DNA from: TPA_inf: Saccharomyces
Lineage: Eukaryota
Direction: 5' to 3'
NCBI GenBank assembly: GCA_000146045.2
Contig: BK006937.2
Span: forward strand, 1-64,000
DNA length: 64,000 bases
Made by a program: the position numbers and the translations under genes. Below the pieces are notes generated by a model, which saw nothing but the letters and a program-made list of their open reading frames with translations, did no database searches and was not told the origin of the DNA. Positions 1-11,502 of this stretch are shown piece by piece. Within the stretch, counting starts at the first letter, position 1. Each line of letters starts with the position of its first letter.

Positions 1-360
1 CCCACACACCACACCCACACCACACCCACACACCACACACACCACACCCACACACCCACACCACACCACACCCACACCACACCCACACACCCACACCCAC
101 ACACCACACCCACACACACCACACCCACACACACCCACACCCACACACCACACCCACACACACACCACACCCACACACACCACACCACACCCACACCACA
201 CCCACACCCACACACCACACCCACACCCACACCCCACACCCACACACCACACCCACACACACCACACCCACACACACCCACACCACACCCACACACCACA
301 CCCACACACCCACACCCACACACACCACACCCACACCACACCCACACCCACACACCCACA
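1..360. repeat. Telomeric C1-3A/TG1-3 repeat tract (chromosome end)
   Basis: Irregular CCCACACACCACACC-type repeats run from base 1 to about 360. Orientation (C-rich on + strand) indicates a left telomere. Confidence 0.95.
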
Positions 361-630
361 CCCTAACACTACCCTAACACTACCCTATTCTAACCCTGAT
401 TTTACCTGTCTCCCAACTTACTCTCCATTACCCTACCTCTCCACTCGTTACCCTGTCTCATTCAACCGTACCACTCCCAACCACCATCCATCTCTCTACT
501 TACTACCACCAACCCACCGTCCACCATAACCGTTACCCTCCAACTACCCGTATCCAACTCCACTACCGCTTACCCTACCATCGACCATGTCCTACTCACT
601 GTACTGTTGTTCACCCACCATATTGAAACG
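361..630. repeat. Subtelomeric X-element combinatorial repeats with TTAGGG-type Tbf1 motifs
   Basis: CCCTAACACTACCCTAACACTACCCTATTCTAACCCTGA carries several CCCTAA (TTAGGG on the opposite strand) units, followed by C/A-rich degenerate repeats. The boundary is approximate. Confidence 0.5.
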
Positions 631-1100
631 TCTACAAATGATCGTAAATAATACACATATACTTATCCTACCACTCTAATCCCACTACCACATGCCATAC
701 TCACCTTCACTTGTATTCTGATCGGTCATACGCACACGGATGCTACAGTATATACCATCTCAAACTTACCCTACTTTCATATTCCACTCCATCACCCATC
801 TCTCACCATCAGTACCAAATGCACTCGCATCATTATGCACGGCACTTGCCTCAGCGGTCTATACCCTGTGCCATTTACGCATAACGCCCATCATTATCCA
901 CATTTTAATATCTATATCTCATTCGGCGACACCAAATATTGTATAACTGCCCTTAATACATACGTTATACCACTTTTACACCATATACTAACCACTCAAT
1001 TTATACACACTTATGTCAATATAACCACAAAATCACCACTAAAATCACCTAAACATAAAAATATTCTACTCTTCAACAATAATACATAAACACACTCAAT
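631..1100. repeat. X element core with ARS consensus and putative Abf1 site
   Basis: An 11/11 ACS match, TAAACATAAAA on the + strand (reverse complement TTTTATGTTTA), lies at 1050-1060. A match to the Abf1 consensus RTCRYNNNNNACG (ATCATTATGCACG) lies at 829-841. Both sit directly proximal to telomere repeats, as in core X. Confidence 0.5.
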
Positions 1101-1178
1101 TGCGTATCTATACCACCATGACGTCATTAACGTAAAAGTTCCTTAATATTGCAAATTGCTTGAACGGATGCCATTTCA

Positions 1179-1429
1179 TGTTGAATGTGGTAACCCAATA
1201 GCATGATATGAGTAATGCTTTAGTATTGTTTCAGAGTTGTTTCAGTAATGTTTTAGACAAGGAGAACATATAGTAGCAAACCTCTAATCCGGTAGTACTT
1301 AAGAAACTACAGTTTCTATGTACGAAAGCAGTAACTATGTAATTATTACATTTACATGACATATAGGAAGGTCCAATAAACTTACTACATTATGACCTAT
1401 AAGCTAGATCGTAATTCATTACGTCAACA
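1179..1429 (+). repeat. Ty5 5' LTR
   Basis: Direct repeat partner of 4073-4322. I count roughly 10% divergence by eye. It has TG...CA termini. Confidence 0.8.
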
Positions 1430-2135
1430 GGTTATGAGCCCTCAGAGCAATGCTTCTGAGAACATAATCAATCTATCTAGCCCCAACAATTATAAACAGT
1501 GGCTGTACGGTATCGAGACCGCTGCTGAATATGCTAACGAATATATGAACGAATTCGTTCATACCGGAGATATCCAATCAATGAAAAGGGATTACAATCT
1601 CAGCGCGAATGATGAAAGCTTTGTCAAAACCGTATTTAACAGTTTCCTGGTAAAGCTCTACAAGAAAACTATCGTGGGTGAAGCTGCATGTGAAATGAAC
1701 TGGATATGTGATGATTCGCTTGGAAGGGTCTCTGCTTATGATATTTTCTCGCACTTCGAAGAAAACTATAATGAAGTCACTATTGGATCCAGGCTTACTC
1801 TTATAGAGGACCTACCAAATATATCCTCCAAGCCTGTAGATGAAATTGCTTCCTTTTTGAAAACTCTATTCACGATGCTTGAAGACAATAGCGAAGAACA
1901 GGACAAAAAAAAAAGACGCGACACCAATATCGCGTTGTTATTAATGACCTTCTTACCCGAGTTAAAAGAATCATTCCACGAGAAATTCGGTGACTCTAAG
2001 GCTCTTCAGCTATCACAAGTCATTAGATTCTGTAAATTAAATGCGTCATCGAATTCATCATCTTCGGTCTCAGATGCATTGGTTGCACAAGACAGAAGAA
2101 ACTATCAAAAGAAAGGAAATAAGGGATGTATATAA
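1392..2135 (+). pseudogene. Ty5 Gag-like fragment (YCL076W-type pseudogene ORF)
   Basis: The ORF starts inside the 5' LTR and is hydrophilic with a basic tail. It is separated from the next frame by a frameshift. Confidence 0.6.
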
Positions 2136-2566
2136 TTTACGGAGCTGATCATCGCATAAGCAACTGTTCTCTGCTTAAACGAAGAATACCAGAAGCACGA
2201 ATCTTTAAATTATATCCTAATGACAAAACGAGTAGATCTTCATCTGCTAGTGTCGCGATTCCTGACTATGAAACGCAAGGCCAAACAGCAGGACAGATAA
2301 CACCGAAGTCCTGGCTCTGTATGTTATCTTCGACTGTTCCAGCTACCAAATCCTCAGAATGGATTTTTGACACAGGATGTACTTCCCACATGTGCCACGA
2401 CCGTTCCATTTTTTCATCATTTACTAGATCCTCTAGGAAAGACTTTGTCAGAGGAGTTGGCGGTTCCATACCCATCATGGGCTCCGGAACTGTAAACATT
2501 GGCACTGTTCAATTACATGACGTATCTTACGTTCCTGATTTACCAGTTAACCTGATATCCGTTTGA
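2126..2566 (+). pseudogene. Ty5 Pol fragment (protease region; YCL075W-type pseudogene ORF)
   Basis: It overlaps the previous ORF in a different frame. It carries a D(T/S)G-like motif, IFDTGCTSHM, typical of a retroviral aspartyl protease. Confidence 0.6.
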
Positions 2567-2823
2567 AAACTATGCACTAAATCAAACTCTTCTGTTACGT
2601 TCACAAAAGAGGGTGTCACTGTGCAATCACCTGATGATGTGGTTTCTACAGCTGGGTATTCACAATAAAAGACTCTGGGAAGTACAAAGCTCGCCTTGTC
2701 GCCCAAGGACATACTCAAAAGGCTGGTATTGACTATCAGGAAACCTTTGCACCAGTCATTCGATATGACTCTGTTAGATTATTTCTGGCCCTTGCTAGCT
2801 GCCTCAAACTAATAGTATATCAG

Positions 2824-3750
2824 ATGGACGTTGACACTGCGTTTCTAAACTCAACCATGGATGAGCCGATCTACGTAAAACAACCACCCGGGTTTGTTAA
2901 CGAGAGGAATCCCGACTATGTATGGGAACTATACGGCGGTATGTATGGACTCAAACAAGCCCCATTACTATGGAACGAACATATCAACAATACTCTTAAA
3001 AAGATTGGTTTCTGTCGACATGAAGGCGAACATGGCTTATATTTTCGTTCCACATCTGATGGTCCCATCTACATTGCCGTATACGTAGACGACTTACTTG
3101 TTGCTGCTCCCTCTCCTAAAATATATGACAGGGTTAAGCAAGAATTAACGAAATTATACTCAATGAAGGATCTCGGTAAAGTTGACAAATTCCTCGGTCT
3201 TAACATTCATCAATCGTCAAACGGAGACATCACTCTCTCCCTTCAAGACTATATTGCTAAAGCTGCATCTGAAAGCGAAATAAACACATTTAAACTTACA
3301 CAGACTCCGCTCTGCAACTCAAAGCCTCTTTTCGAAACAACTTCCCCGCATCTAAAAGACATCACTCCTTATCAGAGCATAGTTGGTCAGCTTCTCTTTT
3401 GTGCAAATACTGGTCGTCCGGACATATCGTATCCAGTCTCATTACTCTCCAGGTTCCTTCGAGAACCTCGCGCAATCCATTTGGAGTCTGCTCGGCGGGT
3501 TCTACGGTACCTATATACCACCAGAAGTATGTGTCTCAAGTATCGTTCTGGATCTCAGTTGGCATTAACTGTATATTGTGATGCATCTCATGGAGCTATT
3601 CACGATCTACCACACTCTACTGGGGGGTACGTGACTCTACTTGCTGGTGCTCCCGTTACGTGGTCATCGAAGAAGCTCAAGGGTGTGATTCCTGTACCAT
3701 CTACTGAGGCAGAATACATTACTGCAAGTGAAACTGTCATGGAGATATAA
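2824..3750 (+). pseudogene. Ty5 Pol fragment, reverse transcriptase (YCL074W-type pseudogene ORF)
   Basis: It has the IAVYVDDLLVAAP (YVDD) RT active-site motif and copia-type RT context. Confidence 0.75.
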
Positions 3751-3762
3751 TGGATTCAAAAC

Positions 3763-4041
3763 TTGTTTGAACACTTAGGCCAGCCACTTATCTCATCAAC
3801 ATCATATGTAGATAATAAACCTGCTATAAAACTGTCTAAACATCCTGTATTTCACACGAGAGCAAAACACATTGCTTTGAGATACCACAAGCTAAGAAAT
3901 GCAGTGGCAGCAGGCATAATTACCATAGAACATGTTATCACAAAGAAACAAGTTGCTGACATATTTACAAAAATCCTTCCAGCTGAATCATTTAAAACAC
4001 ATAGGGCTGTCATGATAAGGGAACCAGAAACTACAAAATAA
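3763..4041 (+). pseudogene. Ty5 Pol C-terminal (RNase H) fragment
   Basis: A short ORF ends just before the PPT and 3' LTR. The motif ADIFTK is typical of copia RNase H C-termini. Confidence 0.5.
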
Positions 4042-4072
4042 CCATACTCATGCGTATTCAGTTATGGGGGGA

Positions 4073-4322
4073 TGTTAAATGTGGTAACCTAATAGCATGA
4101 TATGAGTAATGCTTTAGTATTGTTTCAGAGTTGTTTCAGTAATGTTTTAGACAAAGAAAACATATAATAGTAAACCTGTAATCAGGTAGTACTTAAGAAA
4201 CTATACTTTCTGTGTACAAAACACTAACTATGTAATTCTTACATTTACATAACATGTAGAAAGGTCCAATAAACTTACTATATTATGACATATAAGTTAG
4301 ATCGTAATTCACTACGTCAACA
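4073..4322 (+). repeat. Ty5 3' LTR
   Basis: Direct repeat partner of 1179-1429, preceded by a GGGGG polypurine tract. Confidence 0.8.
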
Positions 4323-6199
4323 TATCCCACGATAAAAAAAATACCTTGACTCAAGTGCCGAAACAGGAAATAATGAAAGATTTCATACAAGGTTGTTTCT
4401 AAGGTGCTATATGTCCCTACGGCCTCGTTTAGCCCCATCTCGCATGCAATACCGTAACATAGGTATATACACACAGAGAAGTAGTAATTTTACGTGTCTT
4501 ATACTTATTTTATATAGAAATGTCCGACACTTGCGCTACACTAAGGCATATAAGATAGATCTTAATTCCTTGTATTAACATATAAACAGACAACATAACA
4601 TAGCCAGTTTATCTTACTTATCTTTTCCTGGAAGAGATGGCATTATTTGTGTGTATCAAAGAGGCCTTTTTCAATTTTCATTTTAATATTTTTTTAATAT
4701 TCTTATATTGAACACATTTTTCTCCCCTAGATTTATGTTTCCTATTGCTCTCCATATCACATTATATCTATGAATGAATATGCATTGCTCTTCTGATACT
4801 ATGGTATGAGAGGCCTTGGTAAAGGGCATCGATAACCGAAAGAATCATCCGCAGAGAAGTAGAATCTTAGAGCATATCGTCTCGTTGAGACCGTATAGAT
4901 TCGCAAAAATAACAGAAACTTGCGTTAACATTGAATTTCAAACTCAGTTTTCCATAATTAACTGTTAAAAAAGGCTACTATAAGGGTGTCAATTACTGTT
5001 CTGTTTCGCAGGATTAATTCCGTTATGTGCTCTTGTAATTGAGTTAGCGCTTCTTATATCTCTTCAGTAATGCAGCAGTAATAAAACACATTGGCTTCGC
5101 TTTCGCTTTTTTTCCAAATCATTATCGAAGATTCTTTGCTTATGATATACTGGTGCTCGAGGATGATGAGAGGACACAACTTTTTGAGGCTTATCGTTAT
5201 CGTCTGAGTCACAACAACATACATTAACTGTCCACGATTCAGGGATGTGCTATGAGTTCAATTTTCGCTGTAGTGCTGCCATTGGCGCTGCTACTGGTGT
5301 CTGGAAAAACTCCACAGCTTTCAATGGAGATGTGACTGCACGAGTGAGACATTATCTGTATTAGCTTCACAACCATACTCTGTTAGTAAGGAGCCATAGT
5401 CGACATCTGTCCAGCTCAATCGGGTATGATATTTGATATCCCCAAAATACATGGCTGTACCATGTAAAATGAGCGGTATATCGAAGATCAGTATATTTCA
5501 GCCTATACAGGATCCTACTATTTCAACAAAAATGATTTCATCAAAATTAAATCACGCTGCAACATTGGTGAAGAATCTCAAAAGGTTAGTAACATCAATA
5601 TATCGCGGAGTAGCTATCATTGTGGCAGTTAACTTAAAGGATATACAGTTAATTCAACAAGATTTTCAAGTCCATTTTTTTTGGGCACGCTGAACACGCT
5701 CAATGTAGTACTTGTTTTGGAAATCACTCGCAAGTTTAATGGGACGAATTATATCAGTAATGTGTAAATTCCGACACAATGTTCGGTTAGTAGATTTACT
5801 GCTGGATTATTGGGTTCACCCGTAGACTGTTGCCGACTCCAAGAAAACTATGATCTCAATACAGGCATAAAGAATTGTTGTATCTGTGCCCATGTGATCT
5901 GTACCTTTTTTGCGGTACCAAAATCGCATGTTGCACTCACACTACGGAACACATCAACTTGTAACGACAACAATACAAAATACCAGGAGACATATCACTT
6001 TTTTTCGCCTAGAATGATTTACAATGGCATACACTTAGAAAAGTGCTATGACATGACGCCCTTACTAGAAGTTACATGATTCTCCTTTTTTTTCTTTCTT
6101 TCTTTCTTTTTCGGTACAACATAATTAATGCATTCATACAGAGCGCATTTCCAGCATCATTTATTGGATAGTAACTCCTCCCGCACTTTCAATATCAAT

Positions 6200-6290
6200 G
6201 ACGCTGACTCTTTTACTGACGCTGAGTCTTTACCGACGCTGAGTCTTTACCGACGCTGAGTCTTTACCGACGCTGAGTCTTTACCGACGC
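6200..6290. repeat. Tandem minisatellite of about 5 copies of the 17-18 bp unit GACGCTGAGTCTTTACC
   Basis: Direct reading shows gacgctgactcttttact followed by four exact gacgctgagtctttacc copies. Confidence 0.9.
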
Positions 6291-6478
6291 TTGTGAAAAT
6301 AAAAAGTACGACACAGCTATATGCGTCGCAAGTTCAGATGTGGGTCTATCGAGCATGTTTATCCTATCCTGTTATGTCATTTTTATCGGAAGTAATAAAA
6401 GTGTAGAAATCACTTGTTTTTGCCTTTTTTGTGATTTTGCTTTCATTTTTTTTTGCCCTTTTTTCACCAGCTTGGGGA

Positions 6479-8326
6479 TCAACATCCTAATTTCTTGTTA
6501 CTTCGATTATGTCTAAAAAGTGCCTTGATTTGAGAGAAAATATTTTCCTCATCTGGCAAGACAACCAAACCATCTTCAGTGAATTCTTCGTGTGTCGCCT
6601 TGTCTATTAGTTCCGGGTCTCTCATGAACATTGTAAACGCAAAGAACGGTACCGTACATGCCAAGCCAACCGTCATTATTATTCGTTGAACATATCTGTA
6701 AGATTCAACCACAGCATCTCTTTCGGGTGAGCCCCAAGGATAATCACTAATGAATGTATAAGGTGATGCATATGCTATTTCTGCCAATGTATCGTTTCCA
6801 AGGTTCTTGTAGAGTTGGTTAGGCATGGTTTGTGTCCATATGGCACCAGAAACGGAGGCACCGATAGCAGCGCCTAGCTTTGAAAAGGTATACTGGATGC
6901 CGGTTATTACAGCCATCCTACTATGCGTAGTCATGGCTTGCAGTATGACGATCACTGAATTGCTGCATAGGAGACCACTCAAACCCATGATAACAGATGC
7001 AGCGATAACACCTTCATGAGACCCAGATCCTCCTCTGTATTTGTAAAAAAGGCCCATGCACACCATCCATGCAGCACAACCTCCGATTACAGAAAGTTTC
7101 AGTTTCCTTGTCTTTGCCACCAACAAACTGTAGAATGGAGATGCAGTAGCAGCAACAAAGTCAGGAAGGTTTACTATCCGAGCAGCCGAAGTGGACGATT
7201 CTTTCATCGATACCAGCAAAACAGGATACAGATAGTCACACGAAATGAAAAAGGTGAAAAAATTGAAAAAAGTAACACCAAGGGGTGCCCAAATTCCACG
7301 ATCACTTAGTAATTTGAACGGTAGAAGAGGAGATTTGGCAAATTTGGCCTCCCAATATAAAAAAATGAAAAATAAACAGCCACCTGAAACTAAAGTGGCA
7401 ATTATTTTTGAATTGTGCCACTTCTGTGATGTCTCATTAGCCAACGTCAAAGGGACAAGGATACACCCTAGCGACACAGTTATTAATAATATGCCAACAA
7501 TATCGAGTTTCCAGAATAGAAACACCAAATTCTCAAATAATCCGCCCGTTCTTTCCTTTCTAGCCTGTTCTTTGAGAGATCTCCACTCAGCAGTCTTTGA
7601 AGATTTGTACTTCATATAAAGAATAAGAAATATAATTGGCAAGGCAGAGAGTGGGTAAATAAAAGCCCACATTGCAATATTCCAGGACCAGTTTTTCTGA
7701 GGATTTGCTGCTGTGATAATATTACCTGAAATCCATGGTATTATGATATATGGCCAATATGAGGCGTACTGGTAAAACATTCTCCACTTCAAGGAGGAGA
7801 AATCAGAAAGTATTAATGTCAGGAGCAGATTTGTTCCGACGTATCCACAGTTATAGAAAACCGATCCTGCTGCATACATTGTGAGACGGGTCGCCTGTGA
7901 TTGAATGATGGTTCCCATTATATAAAAAATAGTTGCAACTAAAAAAAGCCTTAGTCTTCCGAAGTGGTCAGAGAGTCTGGAGTAGACAACTTGGGATCCG
8001 ACACTTACAACAGCATTGATAACTTGGACAGTTGAAAGTAAGGAGTGTTCTGAATATGAGTTCGTCGCATAGCCCGTATAGGTCGATCTAAGTGTGTAGT
8101 CTAAACTAATTCCAAACCCACATACAAACGCGGTACTTATCAGTAGAATTTTATATTTCAAGGAATCAAACTGTGCAGACATAATTTCGTTTTCTTTGAG
8201 CTTAAAAAAGGTCGATGTCATAGAGTACGTGTCATCGTTTGAGTGACGTTCTCGCTCAATAATCTCACAGGACTGCCTAATTCCACTTTTTTTATTACTT
8301 GAGGCACCAACAACACTAGAACTCAT
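6479..8326 (-). CDS. GEX1: Major facilitator superfamily transporter, glutathione exchanger (ARN/siderophore-transporter-like)
   Basis: 615 aa with many predicted TM helices. The protein is recognised as Gex1, subtelomeric paralog of GEX2. Coordinates agree with my recollection of the reference. Confidence 0.9.
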
Positions 8327-9705
8327 CCGATAATTTATTTACTTGATTATTCCTTTTTTTTTTTTTTCTCTTTCCAGTCCATAAAACTATTTTACTTTTC
8401 TTATTTATGTAAATAGTATTTAAGATTCTACGGTCGCTACATCTGCTAGAAATGGAATTACTTTAATACATTCCATGTTCTCATATATACTTTTACTGAC
8501 ACCTTTCGTCACTATTTTTTGTTTAACTTTTTTTTTGGAAGTACTAAAATTATATGCTCGTAATTATTGAGTATCAAAAAAAAAAAAAAAAAAAATTGCT
8601 GTGACACCCCTTCAATGTGGTGTCTATACACCTGGTGACTTTAACTTTAACTTTGACCTGTCGTCGTACAATCAACTTAGTTTCCGAAAATCCACGACGA
8701 ACCAGTTATACCGAAGACTTTTGTACGACAAGAATACTGTACCGTCGAAACTATCTCTTTTCAAACTGATGAGTGAAGCTTGTGTTTATGTCTGTTGAAA
8801 CAAGGAAAAAAATGCGGTGCCTGTCGACAGGATATGCGCACAAGTGCAAAATCATCAAAAAATTGAGTACCTAGATCCGGTGGTGTAGGACGAGCAAAGT
8901 TCCTTCATAAACAAACCGTAAGGGTTACTGATACACAATTTCCTTTTTGTAAAGAGTATTTGAGCAAATTAGTCAGCGATTGAAAACAACACCCTTTTTT
9001 CTATATATAGTAGGTGAAAGTTAACATGCGAGTAAAAGTAGTGCCACATTTCCTTTGCAGCAGGTGCAAATTGGTACATATTTAACAGATAGCGCCGCAC
9101 CTCATATGCAGCGCGTACATGATACGAGACGACAAGATATGCAAAAGATAATAGTGTCATCACACCTTTATGAGAAGCGAATTTTTTTTTTTTTTTGGTT
9201 TAAATATATATATATACATATATATAGATATAGATATACACATGTATAGATGTATTCTAGTTATGCTTATACCTAGAACTGATCAGACCAGATCATACCT
9301 GGTATAGAGCTTAATCGATAGAAATTCAAAAATATGGAGGAAACTAAGTACTCTTCGCAGCAGGAGATAGAAGAAGCATGTGGTTCAGACGCTTCATTGA
9401 ATGCTAGAGGTAGCAATGATTCTCCAATGGGACTTTCCTTGTACCTCTGCCTGGCTTCGTGAACTCTTGTACTATTCATAACTGCACTGGATATTTTGAT
9501 AGTGGGAACTATTATTGACGTGGTCGCAGAACAGTTCGGAAACTACTCCAAAACAGGTTGGCTCGTTACAGGCTACAGTTTACCAAATGCTATTCTGAGT
9601 CTCATTTGGGGAAGATTCGCATCTATCATAGGTTTCCAGCATAGTCTCATTTTAGCAATACTTATTTTTGAAGCCGGATCCCTAATTGCTGCCCTTGCCT
9701 CTTCA

Positions 9706-11082
9706 ATGAATATGCTCATTGTCGGTAGAGTTGTTGCTAGTGTTGGGGGAAGCGGACTTCAAACGCTTTGCTTTGTTATTGGTTGTACGATGGTTGGTGA
9801 AAGGTCACGTCCATTGGTGATTTCCATCCTAAGTTGTGCATTTGCTGTAGCTGCTATCGTTGGTCCTATAATCGGAGGTGCCTTTACAACCCATGTTACC
9901 TGGAGGTGGTGCTTCTATATCAATCTTCCTATCGGTGGTCTTGCCATTATTATGTTTTTACTCACATATAAGGCCGAGAATAAGGGTATACTTCAACAAA
10001 TTAAAGATGCTATAGGAACAATCTCGAGCTTTACTTTTAGTAAGTTCAGACACCAAGTTAATTTTAAAAGACTTATGAATGGCATAATCTTCAAGTTTGA
10101 CTTCTTTGGTTTTGCCCTCTGCTCTGCAGGGCTGGTCCTTTTCCTACTGGGGCTAACCTTTGGTGGTAATAAATATAGTTGGAACTCTGGCCAAGTCATC
10201 GCATATTTGGTTTTGGGTGTCTTACTTTTTATTTTTTCATTGGTGTACGATTTCTTCTTATTCGATAAATTCAACCCGGAACCTGATAATATATCCTACA
10301 GGCCTCTCCTTCTAAGAAGATTGGTAGCAAAACCAGCCATAATAATAATAAACATGGTAACATTTCTATTATGTACCGGTTACAATGGGCAAATGATATA
10401 CTCTGTCCAGTTTTTCCAACTTATATTTGCGTCGAGTGCATGGAAAGCCGGTCTTCACTTGATACCAATCGTTATTACCAACGTTATTGCGGCCATTGCA
10501 AGTGGTGTGATTACCAAAAAGCTCGGTTTAGTTAAACCACTCTTAATATTTGGAGGCGTTCTTGGGGTAATTGGAGCAGGGCTTATGACACTTATGACAA
10601 ATACGTCCACGAAGTCAACTCAAATTGGTGTTTTGCTATTACCGGGGTTTTCCCTTGGATTTGCTCTACAAGCATCGCTCATGAGTGCACAGCTTCAAAT
10701 TACCAAAGATCGTCCAGAAGCTGCTATGGACTTTATTGAAGTAACAGCTTTCAATACATTCATGAAGTCATTAGGTACAACTCTTGGTGGTGTGCTTTCA
10801 ACCACTGTTTTTTCCGCCTCCTTTCACAACAAAGTATCACGAGCTCATCTAGAGCCTTACGAAGGAAAAACGGTTGATGACATGATTTTGTATCGTCTTC
10901 AAAACTACGACGGTTCTCATTCGACTATTGGAAACATTTTAAGCGACTCCATTAAGAACGTATTTTGGATGGATCTAGGGTTTTATGCCTTAGGATTTTT
11001 GTTTTGTAGTTTTTCATCCAATAAGAAATTAATCATACCAAAAAAGGACGAGACACCAGAAGATAATTTAGAAGACAAGTAG
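9706..11082 (+). CDS. VBA3: Vacuolar basic amino acid transporter (DHA2-type MFS), annotated short form. The frame is open upstream to 9463, with an upstream in-frame ATG at 9334 separated by one TGA.
   Basis: 458 aa from ATG 9706. The track ORF begins at a TTG at 9496. Upstream in-frame sequence encodes additional MFS helices. See findings. Confidence 0.8.
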   Translation: MNMLIVGRVVASVGGSGLQTLCFVIGCTMVGERSRPLVISILSCAFAVAAIVGPIIGGAFTTHVTWRWCFYINLPIGGLAIIMFLLTYKAENKGILQQIKDAIGTISSFTFSKFRHQVNFKRLMNGIIFKFDFFGFALCSAGLVLFLLGLTFGGNKYSWNSGQVIAYLVLGVLLFIFSLVYDFFLFDKFNPEPDNISYRPLLLRRLVAKPAIIIINMVTFLLCTGYNGQMIYSVQFFQLIFASSAWKAGLHLIPIVITNVIAAIASGVITKKLGLVKPLLIFGGVLGVIGAGLMTLMTNTSTKSTQIGVLLLPGFSLGFALQASLMSAQLQITKDRPEAAMDFIEVTAFNTFMKSLGTTLGGVLSTTVFSASFHNKVSRAHLEPYEGKTVDDMILYRLQNYDGSHSTIGNILSDSIKNVFWMDLGFYALGFLFCSFSSNKKLIIPKKDETPEDNLEDK

Positions 11083-11234
11083 CGCAGTTATTTTCTTATT
11101 TTCATTTTATTTTTTTCGCCTTTTATACAGACTTCAACACAATCAGAATCAAATAGGTGTATCGCAATGGAATGTAATTTCTTAAGTATTCTATATGTAC
11201 TTAAAACCTATTAATATATGGATCAACACAGTAT

Positions 11235-11270
11235 CTTATGAATGGGTTTTTGATTTTTTTATGTTTTTTT
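11235..11270. promoter_or_regulatory. Candidate HML-E silencer core: ACS (ARS301-like) plus degenerate Rap1-like site
   Basis: An 11/11 ACS match TTTTATGTTTT lies at 11257-11267. About 10 bp upstream, on the minus strand, AACCCATTCATAA is a 10/13 match to the Rap1 consensus ACACCCAYACAYY. The assignment is by position relative to HML. Confidence 0.45.
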
Positions 11271-11502
11271 AAAACATTAAAGTTTTCGGCACGGACTTAT
11301 TTGGAATTCAAATTATTAATGAAAGAACAATTAACTAATTAATGTACTTAGTATTTGGCCATTATTATCGATTTCGGGGGCCAAATCTAACCAAATTCAA
11401 CCTACATTTTTTCAAATTGATTCAAACACCTTTCACAATAAGATTTTTATATCTAGCGCACATAGAATGAAATGTAAACAAAGATTTCAGAAAAATCGTC
11501 AT

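Larger units (their letters stand above)
1179..4322 (+). mobile_element. Degenerate Ty5-family (copia-like) LTR retrotransposon, the Ty5-1 relic
   Basis: Two direct repeats of about 250 bp at 1179-1429 and 4073-4322 each begin TGTTG/TGTTA and end CAACA. Between them are fragmented ORFs with retrotransposon Pol motifs, including an RT YVDD box and an RNase H C-terminus. A purine run GGGGG lies immediately 5' of the 3' LTR (PPT-like). Confidence 0.85.

Noticed and set aside
6825-7619. Three plus-strand ORFs (64-124 codons) inside GEX1
   Set aside because: They are antisense to a well-supported 615-codon transporter gene, have no recognisable motifs, and their composition mirrors the sense-strand hydrophobic codons.
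11146-11500. Searched for a clean Abf1 consensus within the HML-E candidate region
   Set aside because: No match to RTCRYNNNNNACG was found by eye. Only the ACS and a degenerate Rap1-like site are reported.
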